Of a DNA stretch of 64,000 bases, positions 28,750 to 36,726 are shown piece after piece. Origin of the DNA: Clostridiaceae bacterium. GTDB taxonomy: Bacteria > Bacillota > Clostridia > Peptostreptococcales > T1SED10-28. Numbering within the stretch: the first letter of the stretch is position 1; every line of letters begins with the position of its first letter. Where the stretch lies: the NCBI GenBank assembly GCA_003553525.1, contig PWEO01000127.1:872-64871 (forward strand), written 5' to 3'. Below the pieces are notes generated by a model. The model made no database searches. It had not been told where the DNA came from and worked only from the letters and a program-made list of their open reading frames with translations. Both the position numbers and the translations under genes were made by a program.

Positions 28750-29887
28750 TGCAGAAATTGTGATCATAGGCGGAGGTATCTCCGGTTGTGCCATTGCTTA
28801 CAATTTAGCAAAAAAAGGAATGAAAAATATTGTTTTGCTTGAAAAGGATTATATTGCCAGTGGTGCTACGGGTCGCTGTGGAGCCGGTATTCGTCAACAA
28901 TGGGCTGCGGAAATGAACTGCCAGGTAGCCAAACTTTCCCGTGAATTTTTTGAAACCGCTGAAGAAACCTTGGGATACGATCATGATATTGAATTTAAAC
29001 AAAAAGGATATCTCATTTTAGCCGCAACAGAAGAAGAGGATAAACAATCAAAAGAGAATGTTGCCCTACAAAATTCCCTGGGAATCGACTCAAGATACAT
29101 TTCCCTGGAGGAAGCAAAAAAAATCGTTCCGATACTTAATACTACGGATTTTATAAGTGCAACCTATTGTAAAGACGATGGACATCTAAATCCGTGGCAT
29201 ACAACGTTGGCGTTTGCTAAAGCGGCGGAAAGATTAGGTGTAAAGATCTATACCCATACAGAAGTTACGGGGATTGACCATCAAAATGAAAAAATAATCG
29301 GTGTACAAAGCAATAAAGGATACATTCAAACCGATAAGGTTGTCAATGCTGCCGGCGGCCACGCCCAAGTAATCGGGGAGATGGCAGGGATTGAACTTCC
29401 GGTATACTCTGAACGGCGACAAATTCTCGTAACGGAGCCTGTCGCTCCGATCCTGGACCCAATGGTGATATCCTTCTCAAAGGACATTTATTGCCAGCAG
29501 GTACCCCATGGAGCATTTATTATGGGCAGGGGAGGAGAGAATGAACCTCGAGATCTGAAACACAGCACTAGTTGGGACTTCTTAGAGAAAATGACCGAAA
29601 CCGCGTTAAGTATTTTACCGGACCTTAAAAATACCAGGGTTCTCCGACAGTGGTCCGGAATGTATAACTTTAGCCCTGATAAGCAGCCTATTTACGGCGA
29701 TGTTCCGGAACTAAAAGGTTTATATCTTGCCATTGGATTTAGCGGTCATGGATTTATGTTCGGACCAGCCACAGGGCTATTAATGGCGGAGTTCATTCTG
29801 GGAGAAAAAACTACAATACCGATTGATAAGCTTCATATTAGCAGATTTGAAAAAGGAGAATTAATTGAGGAAGCTTCTGTGGTATAG
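28739..29887 (+). CDS. FAD-dependent amino-acid dehydrogenase/oxidase beta subunit (DadA / SoxB / HcnC / OoxB-like)
   Basis: About 382 aa with the N-terminal dinucleotide motif VIIGGGISGCAIAYNLAKKG and a DAO-family layout. ATG 28739 follows GGGGGGA and overlaps the previous stop. Confidence 0.85.
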   Translation: MVSNAEIVIIGGGISGCAIAYNLAKKGMKNIVLLEKDYIASGATGRCGAGIRQQWAAEMNCQVAKLSREFFETAEETLGYDHDIEFKQKGYLILAATEEEDKQSKENVALQNSLGIDSRYISLEEAKKIVPILNTTDFISATYCKDDGHLNPWHTTLAFAKAAERLGVKIYTHTEVTGIDHQNEKIIGVQSNKGYIQTDKVVNAAGGHAQVIGEMAGIELPVYSERRQILVTEPVAPILDPMVISFSKDIYCQQVPHGAFIMGRGGENEPRDLKHSTSWDFLEKMTETALSILPDLKNTRVLRQWSGMYNFSPDKQPIYGDVPELKGLYLAIGFSGHGFMFGPATGLLMAEFILGEKTTIPIDKLHISRFEKGELIEEASVV

Positions 29888-29970
29888 AAGGTTTTAAATC
29901 CTTCCTGATTAAATAACATATATTTAGCAGTGATCCGTTATTAAAAGTACTGTAGATTATTCTATATAAA

Positions 29971-30021
29971 CTAAGGCTCCAGCATTAAAAAGTTTTTGAT
30001 GTTGAAGTCTTAGCTTTTTTT
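29971..30021 (+). terminator. rho-independent terminator of the dehydrogenase operon
   Basis: CTAAGGCTCCAGCAT / ATGTTGAAGTCTTAG stem (with G-U pairs and one mismatch) followed by CTTTTTTT. Confidence 0.65.
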
Positions 30022-30383
30022 GGGATTTATTCTTGTTTTGAGACAGAAATACTGTGATTTAGAAAGACTAGAATTTAGAAATCAACTTATAATACGGATA
30101 TTTTACAAATCAGGTTTTATAAATTACATAAATACTAGTTTAAAACATTAAGTAAAACTCATCGGTTATAGTATCGATATGAGTAATTGTGATTCGGATT
30201 ATAGTTAATGACTTAATTAATTTAATATAAATATTTGCTTATGAATTAATTTATAATTTTCAGTTCTATGAATTATTAATAAGGAATGGCTAATGCAAGT
30301 AAAATGTTTTAATCATAAACTCTAATACCTTGATAAAATCTGATGAACAGTTGCTTGAGATCGAAAACATTAATAGAAAGGGG

Positions 30384-30412
30384 TAGACAAATATGTAAGA
30401 GTAGGATATAAT
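30384..30412 (+). promoter_or_regulatory. sigma-A promoter candidate for the recombinase gene (TAGACA-17-TATAAT)
   Basis: -35 TAGACA at 30384-30389, a 17-nt spacer and -10 TATAAT at 30407-30412, about 70 nt upstream of ATG 30484. Confidence 0.45.
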
Positions 30413-30483
30413 TCAAGTTATAACTATTCCTTAAATGTATATTTTGGGAATAGATTGACTGTAATCAAAAGGAGAGAAAATTT

Positions 30484-31641
30484 ATGGTTTTTACTAAAGA
30501 TCAAAACTTTACTTACGGTAAATCTAACAAACCACAAAATCTGTTATTACAAGAACATAATATCATTCAACATTGTAAATCTATAGAAGAACAACTCCCT
30601 GAATATTTAGAGGATTTTTTTCTTTATTTAAAAAGTTCCGTAGCTTTAACCACTCGACAAGCTTATCTGGAAGATGTTCTGTTTTTCTTTCGTTATCTTG
30701 TGGATCATACAAAGCTTGTTCAAGCTTCCAGGGCATCTGATATCCCCCTTTCGGATCTCCAGGCCATTACCGCAAAAGATATTAATCGATATCTTGGGGA
30801 TTACTGCACCCACTATGTTGTTGAAGAGGAATCTTCAAAAAAAATTGTAGAGAACCAGAATCGATCCTTATCTCGGAAAAAGTCCTCGCTTTCCGTGCTT
30901 TTTAAGTTTTTATATCGGGAAGATTTAGTAGAAAAAAACATTACCGACGGCTTTAATCCCATTAAACTTCCAAAATCTCAGCCGGATGCCATCAAACGAT
31001 TGGAAATTCAAGAAGTTGAAGAACTATTGCAGTTGGTGGATACAGGACATTTATTTACAAAAAAAGAAAAGGCCTATTGGGAGAAAACCAAGTTCCGAGA
31101 TAAAGCCATCATTATGCTTTTTATAACCTACGGTCTTCGGATCAGTGAGTTGCAGCAGTTAAATCTATCCTCATTTAGTTTTAGTAGAATGGATTTTAAA
31201 ATCTATCGAAAACGGGGAAAAGAAGTGGAAATGCCGTTAAATTATTCTACCAAAACCGTTATTGATGATTATATTCAATTAGAACGGCCAAAAAGTATGG
31301 AACTAGAGCCGGAACATAGTGATGCTCTTTTTCTATCTCTTCAAAAAAAGCGCATGACCGTACGAAGTATTCGGAATTTAATAAAAAAGTATACTGCATT
31401 AGTATTGAAAACCGATGCAAAGAAAGGTTATAGTCCCCATAAGCTTAGGGCTACTGCGGCCACATCATTAATTGCAAAGGGCTTTTCAGTATATGATGTA
31501 CAAAATTTATTAGACCACGATAATATTACGACTACACAGTTGTATGCTGCCCATCGAAAAAATGTTAAAAAGGAAATTATTTCGAACTTTGAGTGGTCAG
31601 ATGAACCGGAGGAAGATTCCGATGAAAATAAAAACAAATAA
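30484..31641 (+). CDS. tyrosine-type site-specific recombinase (XerC/XerD/integrase family) with N-terminal extension and acidic C-terminal tail
   Basis: 385 aa. The catalytic residues appear intact: R in YGLRISEL, HKLRATAAT (H-x-x-R), and LLDHDNITTTQLY (H ... Y nucleophile). There is a core-binding SAM-like domain upstream and the tail is EWSDEPEEDSDENKNK. Strong RBS AAAGGAGAG. Confidence 0.85.
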   Translation: MVFTKDQNFTYGKSNKPQNLLLQEHNIIQHCKSIEEQLPEYLEDFFLYLKSSVALTTRQAYLEDVLFFFRYLVDHTKLVQASRASDIPLSDLQAITAKDINRYLGDYCTHYVVEEESSKKIVENQNRSLSRKKSSLSVLFKFLYREDLVEKNITDGFNPIKLPKSQPDAIKRLEIQEVEELLQLVDTGHLFTKKEKAYWEKTKFRDKAIIMLFITYGLRISELQQLNLSSFSFSRMDFKIYRKRGKEVEMPLNYSTKTVIDDYIQLERPKSMELEPEHSDALFLSLQKKRMTVRSIRNLIKKYTALVLKTDAKKGYSPHKLRATAATSLIAKGFSVYDVQNLLDHDNITTTQLYAAHRKNVKKEIISNFEWSDEPEEDSDENKNK

Positions 31642-31653
31642 TTTTCAATAAAC

Positions 31654-31679
31654 AGAACTAATGTTTGAACGGTGTTTCT
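31654..31679 (+). promoter_or_regulatory. two adjacent LexA (Cheo/SOS) boxes upstream of lexA
   Basis: AGAACTAATGTTTG (31654-31667) and TGAACGGTGTTTCT (31666-31679) both fit the Gram-positive GAAC-N4-GTT(T/C) operator. An extended -10 TGGTATAAT follows. Confidence 0.7.
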
Positions 31680-31730
31680 ATTTATGGTATAATATTGTAA
31701 AATACAATATATATAAAGGAGCGAATTATT

Positions 31731-32360
31731 ATGTATGAAGATTTGAGTTCAAGTCAGATCAAAATATTGGATTATCTTAAATATCAACTTCAAAACAAAG
31801 GATATCCCCCTTCGGTTAGAGAAATCTGTCATGCTGTCGAATTAAAATCCACATCCACGGTCCATGGACATTTAGCCAAGCTTGAGGAAAAAGGATATAT
31901 ACGTAAAGATCCAACTAAACCACGAGCCATAGAAATACTTCACTCGGATTCCAATCAGGATTTTAAGCTACAAAAAGAAATCATTAATGTACCTATTATT
32001 GGAAAAGTTACTGCAGGTGAACCAATTTTAGCAGTGGAAAATATAGAAGATACATTCCCTCTTCCGGTAGATTTTGTAGATTCGAAAAACCATGAAATCT
32101 TTATATTGAAAATCAAAGGAGACAGTATGATCGATGCCGGAATTTTTGACGGAGACTTCATTGTAGTCAGCCAGCAAAGCACGGCAAATAATGGAGATAT
32201 TGTAGTAGCTTTAATGGACGAAGAAGCTACGGTAAAGCGGTTTTATAAGGAAAAAACACAAATTCGTCTGCAACCGGAGAACAAGTCCATGGAGCCAATC
32301 TACACTTCCACTGCTTCTATTTTAGGTCGTGTAGTGGGCGTATATCGAAAAACAGTTTAA
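31731..32360 (+). CDS. lexA: LexA repressor
   Basis: 209 aa with an N-terminal winged HTH, an Ala-Gly cleavage site (VTAGEP), Ser in GDSM and Lys in VKRF. Confidence 0.95.
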   Translation: MYEDLSSSQIKILDYLKYQLQNKGYPPSVREICHAVELKSTSTVHGHLAKLEEKGYIRKDPTKPRAIEILHSDSNQDFKLQKEIINVPIIGKVTAGEPILAVENIEDTFPLPVDFVDSKNHEIFILKIKGDSMIDAGIFDGDFIVVSQQSTANNGDIVVALMDEEATVKRFYKEKTQIRLQPENKSMEPIYTSTASILGRVVGVYRKTV

Positions 32361-32435
32361 CGGTATATTTTTTTATCTTTAGTTAAATTAATAAATATTT
32401 TTTAAGCAATGATCGTAAATCAGGAATAAAAAAAT

Positions 32436-32493
32436 ACAAACGGCCCATATCATTTCTTTCATAGTGATCAAAAGAATAATATGGGCCGTTTGT
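32436..32493. terminator. bidirectional terminator at the convergence of + and - gene blocks
   Basis: A 15-bp perfect stem, ACAAACGGCCCATAT / ATATGGGCCGTTTGT, with an A-run on the left and a T-run on the right. Confidence 0.6.
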
Positions 32494-32536
32494 TTTGAAT
32501 TCATATCTTATATATTTTATTCGCTATGATACGATA

Positions 32537-33823
32537 TTAAATTATTAAGTTTCTAACGTTTTCCAGGGCCTTTAAAGCGCCGATCTTTCCGTGGGCATAG
32601 TCTAGCCCCCCTTGGAAATAAACAATGTAAGGTTCTTTCATTGGCGCGTCAGCACTAAGTTCAATAGAAGAGCCTTGAATAAAAGTTCCTGCCGCCATAA
32701 TGACTTTATGACTGTACCCTGGCATATCCCAGGGCTCCGGTTTTACATAGGCATCAACAGGAGCCACTGCCTGAATTGCTTCACAAAAAGACAGAACTTT
32801 CTCTTTAGAACCTAAGCGAATGGATTGAATGATATCACTGCGCCTTTCTAAGGGTTCGGGTTTGACTTCATAGCCTGCTTTTTGAAATAATGCTCCGCAA
32901 AACATTGCAGACTTAATCGCTTGAGATACGATGTTAGGAGCTAAAAATAAACCTTGAAACAGGGAGCGGGATTGTCCAAAGGTTAGGCCACATTCACGTT
33001 CGATTCCCGGCAAAGTATGTTCTTGAGCAATTTGTTTAATTAACCATTCTTTACCTGCGATATAGCCACCGGATAAAGCAATGCCTCCCCCGGGATTCTT
33101 AATTAAAGACCCTGCCAATACATCCACACCCACTTCGCTGGGTTCCTTCGTTTCTAAAAACTCTCCGTAACAATTATCCACCATGCAGATAATATCAGGC
33201 TTAATGGATTTAACAAGCGAGACAACAGCTCGTATATTTTCGATCGTCAAAGCTTTCCGATATGTGTAACCGGTGGAACGCTGAACATAGATCATTTTTG
33301 TTTGAGGGTTTCTGTGTAACGCTTTTTTTATTTCTTCAAAATTTAGGGTACCGTCCTTGGTAAATTGAATTTCCTTGTAATCGATTCCCCGATTTATTAA
33401 ACTGCCTTGATAATTTCCTTTTAATCCAATGAGTTCATCCAGGGTATCATAAGGCTTTCCTGTTACGGATAGAAAGCCGTCTCCTTGGTTTAATAAGCTC
33501 TTTAGACAAAGGCCTAGTACATGGGTGCCATTTGCAAAACTTGAGCGTACAATCGCATCTTCTGTCTGAAAAACCGTTGCATATAATGCATCAATTTTTT
33601 CACGTCCGAGATCACTATAACCATACCCGGTGGTCCAGTTAAAATGGTGATCACTAAGACCGATTTTTTTCATAGCCAACAACACTTTATAAAAATTGAA
33701 CTCCTTAATTTTCTCAATCTGCTCAAAGGCATCTTTCAAATTCTGTTCTACTTCTTCTCCCAAGCGAAAGGTTTCATGAGAAATTTTATATTCGGTTAAT
33801 AAAAATTCTTTAATGTTCAACAT
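32537..33823 (-). CDS. methionine gamma-lyase-family / aluminium-resistance (YnbB-like) PLP protein
   Basis: 428 aa. Overall similarity to the YnbB family is as I recall it. It sits 11 nt downstream of miaA, with a GGAGGG RBS. Confidence 0.72.
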   Translation of the reverse strand: MLNIKEFLLTEYKISHETFRLGEEVEQNLKDAFEQIEKIKEFNFYKVLLAMKKIGLSDHHFNWTTGYGYSDLGREKIDALYATVFQTEDAIVRSSFANGTHVLGLCLKSLLNQGDGFLSVTGKPYDTLDELIGLKGNYQGSLINRGIDYKEIQFTKDGTLNFEEIKKALHRNPQTKMIYVQRSTGYTYRKALTIENIRAVVSLVKSIKPDIICMVDNCYGEFLETKEPSEVGVDVLAGSLIKNPGGGIALSGGYIAGKEWLIKQIAQEHTLPGIERECGLTFGQSRSLFQGLFLAPNIVSQAIKSAMFCGALFQKAGYEVKPEPLERRSDIIQSIRLGSKEKVLSFCEAIQAVAPVDAYVKPEPWDMPGYSHKVIMAAGTFIQGSSIELSADAPMKEPYIVYFQGGLDYAHGKIGALKALENVRNLII

Positions 33824-33834
33824 AAAGTTCCCTC

Positions 33835-34776
33835 CTACTTTTTACTGTTAATATAGTTAAGAACCTCTCTTAGAAGGGTCTCCTCATTTTCATAGCGGTC
33901 CACTAAGAACCATTTAATAAAATCATATCTTTTAAACCATGTAATTTGTCGCTTCGCATACCTTCTAGTATTCTTTTTTAGAATCCGGATCGCATCATGC
34001 AGGGTGTTTTCTTCATTTAAATACCGCATAATCTCTTTATATCCTAAGCCTTTAAATGCTTTTAAGTTCGGGGAATATCCTTTTTTCAAAAGATCATTCA
34101 CCTCTTGAACCAAACCCTGTTCAATCATTAAATCCACACGGTAATTGATCCGCTCATATAAATCTTTCCGTTTACGATTAAGGCCGATTAAAATCGGTTG
34201 AAATTCTCTAGTCCTCCGTAGGTCCTCTTTAAAATCCCCGACATTTTCACTGGTTTCATGATTGATTTCTAAAGCCCGTATTACTTTTACTAAGTTATTC
34301 GGATGAATTTTTTCCGCTGCATTTGGGTCGATTGTTTGCAATTTACGGTAAACATATTCTTTACCATAAGTTTTACTTTCTTCTTCGAGGTTTTTTCGAA
34401 GTTCTTCATTGGATATTGCATTTCCAAAGTCCATATCATAAAGAAGCGCATTAACATAAAGGCCCGTACCGCCACTTACAATGGGAACTTTTCCACGATC
34501 TAAAATATCTTGAATAGACTTTTTTGCCCGGTATTCGAATTCCGCCACAGAAAAGTCCTCATCGGGAGAAACCTCATCAATTAAATAATGAGGGATTCCC
34601 TCCTGCTCTTGTTTGCTTGGTTTTGCCGTACCAATATTCATTTCTTTATATAATTGCATGGAGTCTGCATATACTACTTCTCCATTCAAGACTTTGGCTA
34701 GTTCCACGGTTAATTTTGTTTTTCCAACGGCTGTAGGACCAACAATGAAAATCACGTGATTTCCCAAAACATTCAC
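33835..34776 (-). CDS. miaA: tRNA dimethylallyltransferase
   Basis: P-loop GPTAVGKT and IPP-transferase family layout. The real start is probably the TTG at 34767, 8 nt after AGGAG, because the GTG at 34776 overlaps the RBS. Confidence 0.92.
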   Translation of the reverse strand: MNVLGNHVIFIVGPTAVGKTKLTVELAKVLNGEVVYADSMQLYKEMNIGTAKPSKQEQEGIPHYLIDEVSPDEDFSVAEFEYRAKKSIQDILDRGKVPIVSGGTGLYVNALLYDMDFGNAISNEELRKNLEEESKTYGKEYVYRKLQTIDPNAAEKIHPNNLVKVIRALEINHETSENVGDFKEDLRRTREFQPILIGLNRKRKDLYERINYRVDLMIEQGLVQEVNDLLKKGYSPNLKAFKGLGYKEIMRYLNEENTLHDAIRILKKNTRRYAKRQITWFKRYDFIKWFLVDRYENEETLLREVLNYINSKK

Positions 34777-34782
34777 TCCTGA

Positions 34783-36726
34783 CTAAGTTATTCTTTTAAA
34801 ATATTTCGCTAAGTCCTTCTCCTCCACCTTTAGTATGATTGGCCTCCCATGAGGACAATGAAGAGGTGGAGTAATTTTTTGTAGTTTGTGTAGCAGTTCT
34901 TTAATTTCCATTTGAGAAAAAGTTTTGTTTGCTTTAATTGCATTTTTACAAGCTTTTTGAATAACTAAAGCTTGTTCATCTTCTAATGAATCTTGTCCTC
35001 GAATTCCATCAAGAATATCCATAATAAAGGAACTGTTCTTTGGCCTTCCTAAAGCGAGGGGTACTTCTCGGATAATTAAAGTATCTTTACCAAAAGACTC
35101 AATCGTAAAACCGGCTTCATCAAAAATCTTATGATACTCTTGAAAAAGAGAGTAATCCTCGGGACTTAAGCGAATAGATTCCGGTTTTAATAAGCGTTGA
35201 CGAATAATACGGTTTTCCTTTGCATCCTCGTATAGTTGGTCAAATAAAACCCGTTCATGGGCTGCGTGCTGGTCCACTAAGAACAGACTGTTTTGGGATT
35301 CGAATAAAATATAGGACTGAAAAGCCTGACCAAGGATATGAAAGCCTTGTGTGGGATCTATACTAAAGGGCAGATGGTCTTCTTTTGTTGAAAGCATAGA
35401 CTCTTGAATCTCTTCGATATCTGTTTTCATTTGTTTTTGATCCTGCTGAAGTTTTTCATAAAGTCTTTCCTCTAAACTATTGTTCGATAAAGTGTCATTC
35501 TTATAGTTCATTGTTTGATGTGAATCCTGGCTTTTTTTAGCCGTAGAGCTGGTAGAGAAAGCTTCTCTTTGAGAACTCAATATATTAGATTTTGAAGCAT
35601 AATAATAGTCACAAGGCTCTTTAGTATCGATTTCTGTATTTTTTGATGGGTGTCGAACTTCTTTCGAACTCTTTATAACTGAATCCTCTAGAGCACTTTC
35701 TTCTTTAGTTAAGTCGGGTTTGACTATTTTAGTTCCAACGCTCAAAGCTTTGCTTACTTCTTCTATGATGAAATTTCCGACACTCTTCTCTTCATAAAAT
35801 TTAATTTCTGTTTTGGACGGATGAATATTTACATCAATTTCCCCCGGTGGAACCTCAATATTTAATATACAGATAGGAAAACGATGGATCATCAGTTTGT
35901 TTTCATATGCTTTTTCAAGGGCCTTTGAAAGGTTTATGCTTTTTACCAATCTATTGTTGACAAAAAAGATTTCAAGATTACGGTTTCCACGCCCATACAT
36001 GGGTTGACTGATAAAACCGGTTACTTTATAGGGGGTTACTTTGTTCGAATTCAACCGGATCATGTTTTGGTATAAATCCTTTGGGAAAATCGATAATAAA
36101 ACCTTTGAAAGTTCATTGTCTCCAGGAGTGGTAAACATAATATTATTATTGTTAACATACTTAAATGAAATATTTGACTTGCTAATAGCCAGTCTTGTAA
36201 TGACTTCATTGATTCTTGTAGTTTCCGCTTTGACGCTCTTCATAAATTTTCGTCGAGCCGGTGTGTTGAAAAAAAGGTTTTTAATAATTACTGTTGTACC
36301 CTGGGTAGCGCTAACTTCTTTTTTTGACAGGATTTCTCCTCCTGATAGTTCCATGGATACTCCGGTATCCTTCCCTTTAGTTTTAGAGGTCACTTCAATT
36401 TGTGATACGGAGGCAATACTGGCCAGAGCCTCTCCTCGAAACCCTAAGGTCATCAGAGAGTCCAAGTCCTCTATTTCATTGATCTTAGAAGTGCTGTGAC
36501 GTTCAAATACCATTTCGATATCTTCCACATCAATGCCTACACCATTGTCAGTAATACGGATATATGATTTGCCGCCATTTTTAATTTCTACAAAGATTTT
36601 CGTAGCATTGGCATCAATGGCATTTTCCACTAGTTCTTTAATAACAGAATAAGGACCTTGAATAACCTCCCCTGCAGCTATTTGATTTATGGTTGTTTCA
36701 TCGAGCATTTTTACTTTTCTTGCCAT
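34783..36726 (-). CDS. mutL: DNA mismatch repair protein MutL
   Basis: 647 aa with the GHKL ATPase motifs IAAGEV, ELVENAIDA, DNGVGI and GFRGEAL, and a C-terminal dimerisation/endonuclease region. Confidence 0.95.
   Translation of the reverse strand: MARKVKMLDETTINQIAAGEVIQGPYSVIKELVENAIDANATKIFVEIKNGGKSYIRITDNGVGIDVEDIEMVFERHSTSKINEIEDLDSLMTLGFRGEALASIASVSQIEVTSKTKGKDTGVSMELSGGEILSKKEVSATQGTTVIIKNLFFNTPARRKFMKSVKAETTRINEVITRLAISKSNISFKYVNNNNIMFTTPGDNELSKVLLSIFPKDLYQNMIRLNSNKVTPYKVTGFISQPMYGRGNRNLEIFFVNNRLVKSINLSKALEKAYENKLMIHRFPICILNIEVPPGEIDVNIHPSKTEIKFYEEKSVGNFIIEEVSKALSVGTKIVKPDLTKEESALEDSVIKSSKEVRHPSKNTEIDTKEPCDYYYASKSNILSSQREAFSTSSTAKKSQDSHQTMNYKNDTLSNNSLEERLYEKLQQDQKQMKTDIEEIQESMLSTKEDHLPFSIDPTQGFHILGQAFQSYILFESQNSLFLVDQHAAHERVLFDQLYEDAKENRIIRQRLLKPESIRLSPEDYSLFQEYHKIFDEAGFTIESFGKDTLIIREVPLALGRPKNSSFIMDILDGIRGQDSLEDEQALVIQKACKNAIKANKTFSQMEIKELLHKLQKITPPLHCPHGRPIILKVEEKDLAKYFKRIT

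Noticed and set aside
30125-30160. dif-like half-site (TTATGTAATTT on the minus strand) in the AT-rich gap. A similar TTATGTAAAT lies at 1353-1362.
   Set aside because: Only the XerD-arm-like half resembles the Bacillus dif. The opposite arm shows no similarity or dyad symmetry, and such A/T-rich matches are expected by chance.
30484-31641. Possibility that the recombinase marks a prophage, ICE or IS element
   Set aside because: There are no flanking phage, conjugation or transposase genes, no terminal inverted or direct repeats that I could find, and housekeeping genes (lexA, the dehydrogenase operon) lie on both sides.
36041-36499. 152-aa plus-strand ORF inside mutL. Similar antisense ORFs occur at 3823-4206, 48097-48474, 56154-56534, 8290-8664 and 61547-61816.
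   Set aside because: All lie antisense within well-supported conserved genes, lack ribosome-binding sites and have no recognisable motifs.
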